From Spizellomyces punctatus DAOM BR117 (lineage: Eukaryota): 64,000 nucleotides of DNA. The position numbers were made by a program, and so were the translations under genes. The first letter of the stretch is position 1, and every line of letters starts with the position of its first letter. A model generated the notes under the pieces. It was not told the DNA's origin, did no database searches, and saw only the letters and a list, made by a program, of their open reading frames with translations. The DNA lies in the NCBI GenBank assembly GCA_000182565.2, contig KQ257467.1, one strand, 5' to 3'. Shown piece after piece: positions 63,278 through 64,000 of the stretch.

Positions 63278-64000
63278 GTCCTCCCCCAACGAGATGAAGA
63301 ACAAATATCGTTTGCATAGACAGCAAAGTTCAGTACTTGTTTCTGCCCAAGGATAGGGATAGTCTACTGCAAGGTTCTCGATGCATTGTGGTCAACTGGA
63401 CAGGTGGACGAACCGACGGGATGTAATTCTGTTCTCCATGAGCCGGATTCCTTTGCAAGCGTTGGGGACTGTTACAATCTGCTATTTCACAATCTTCTGT
63501 GTGGTGGATATCCCGCAGCGTCCTTTGTACCGCTCATTGACGATCTCCTGAGGTTCAATCTTTTGCTTGCAAGTGATGGATGGCGGAGCGTATCGAGAGG
63601 GACTGATTCGCGGCAATGAAAGACGCCTTGGATAGTGTAGCATGACCTCTGCCTGCCTAGCTTGGAGGAAAACAGCACAGACTCTAACGTGCAGTCTTTG
63701 TCGATGAATATTCGGAACCAGAACTACCGTGAAAGTTCATCATTACATTATCGACAATGTCCCTTGGCTGTCAACGTTATTTCTCCGGCTCAATTCCTCG
63801 CATCGGCTTGCTGATGGCAAATATTATCGAAATTGACCATAAACCTCTTCATCACAATCTTTAGGTACACTGAATCTGGAAAAGATAGGATTTCTTCACA
63901 TTTACGATGAAATAGTTCAATCGGTCCTATAATATTTAGATTTCTTCATTACCCAACGTATATTTTATTATCAGCTACACATCCCATGTCAGGAGCTGAA

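Noticed and set aside
1-64000. tRNA, rRNA, CRISPR arrays, intact retroelements
   Set aside because: None recognised by eye; small ncRNAs cannot be excluded without covariance-model searches.

Overview
Intron-rich eukaryotic (fungal) genomic DNA. It most likely comes from an early-diverging, chytrid-like fungus; this is inferred from short GT-AG introns with CTAAC-type branch sites, a rhodopsin-class GPCR and an ethylene-receptor-type histidine kinase. About 24 genes can be reconstructed. Housekeeping genes include eIF3c/NIP1, RNF10/MAG2, SWC4/DMAP1, NDC1, EDE1, a Rho GTPase, a Rad5/HLTF-type SNF2 helicase and a kynurenine aminotransferase. Metabolic genes are THI5/NMT1 and an NAD(P)H nitrite reductase with a GATA-rich promoter; an aspartic protease is also present. 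Highlights: (1) a single-chain trans-membrane electron-transfer protein (DOMON + cytochrome b561 + split cytochrome b5 + FAD/NAD(P) reductase with an inserted SH3); (2) an ETR1-like ethylene-binding hybrid kinase transcribed divergently from a class A GPCR; (3) a probable homolog of the animal Little Elongation Complex scaffold ICE1; (4) a cluster of three small spliced KGG/Con-10 genes largely missed by the ORF track; (5) a tandem family of intronless orphan genes, one copy lacking its ATG through a microhomology-flanked indel; (6) a ~240 bp promoter-like element repeated in inverted orientation ~56 kb apart. No rRNA, tRNA, CRISPR array or intact transposon was recognised. Family assignments come from motif recognition by eye, not database searches, and exon boundaries are manual predictions.
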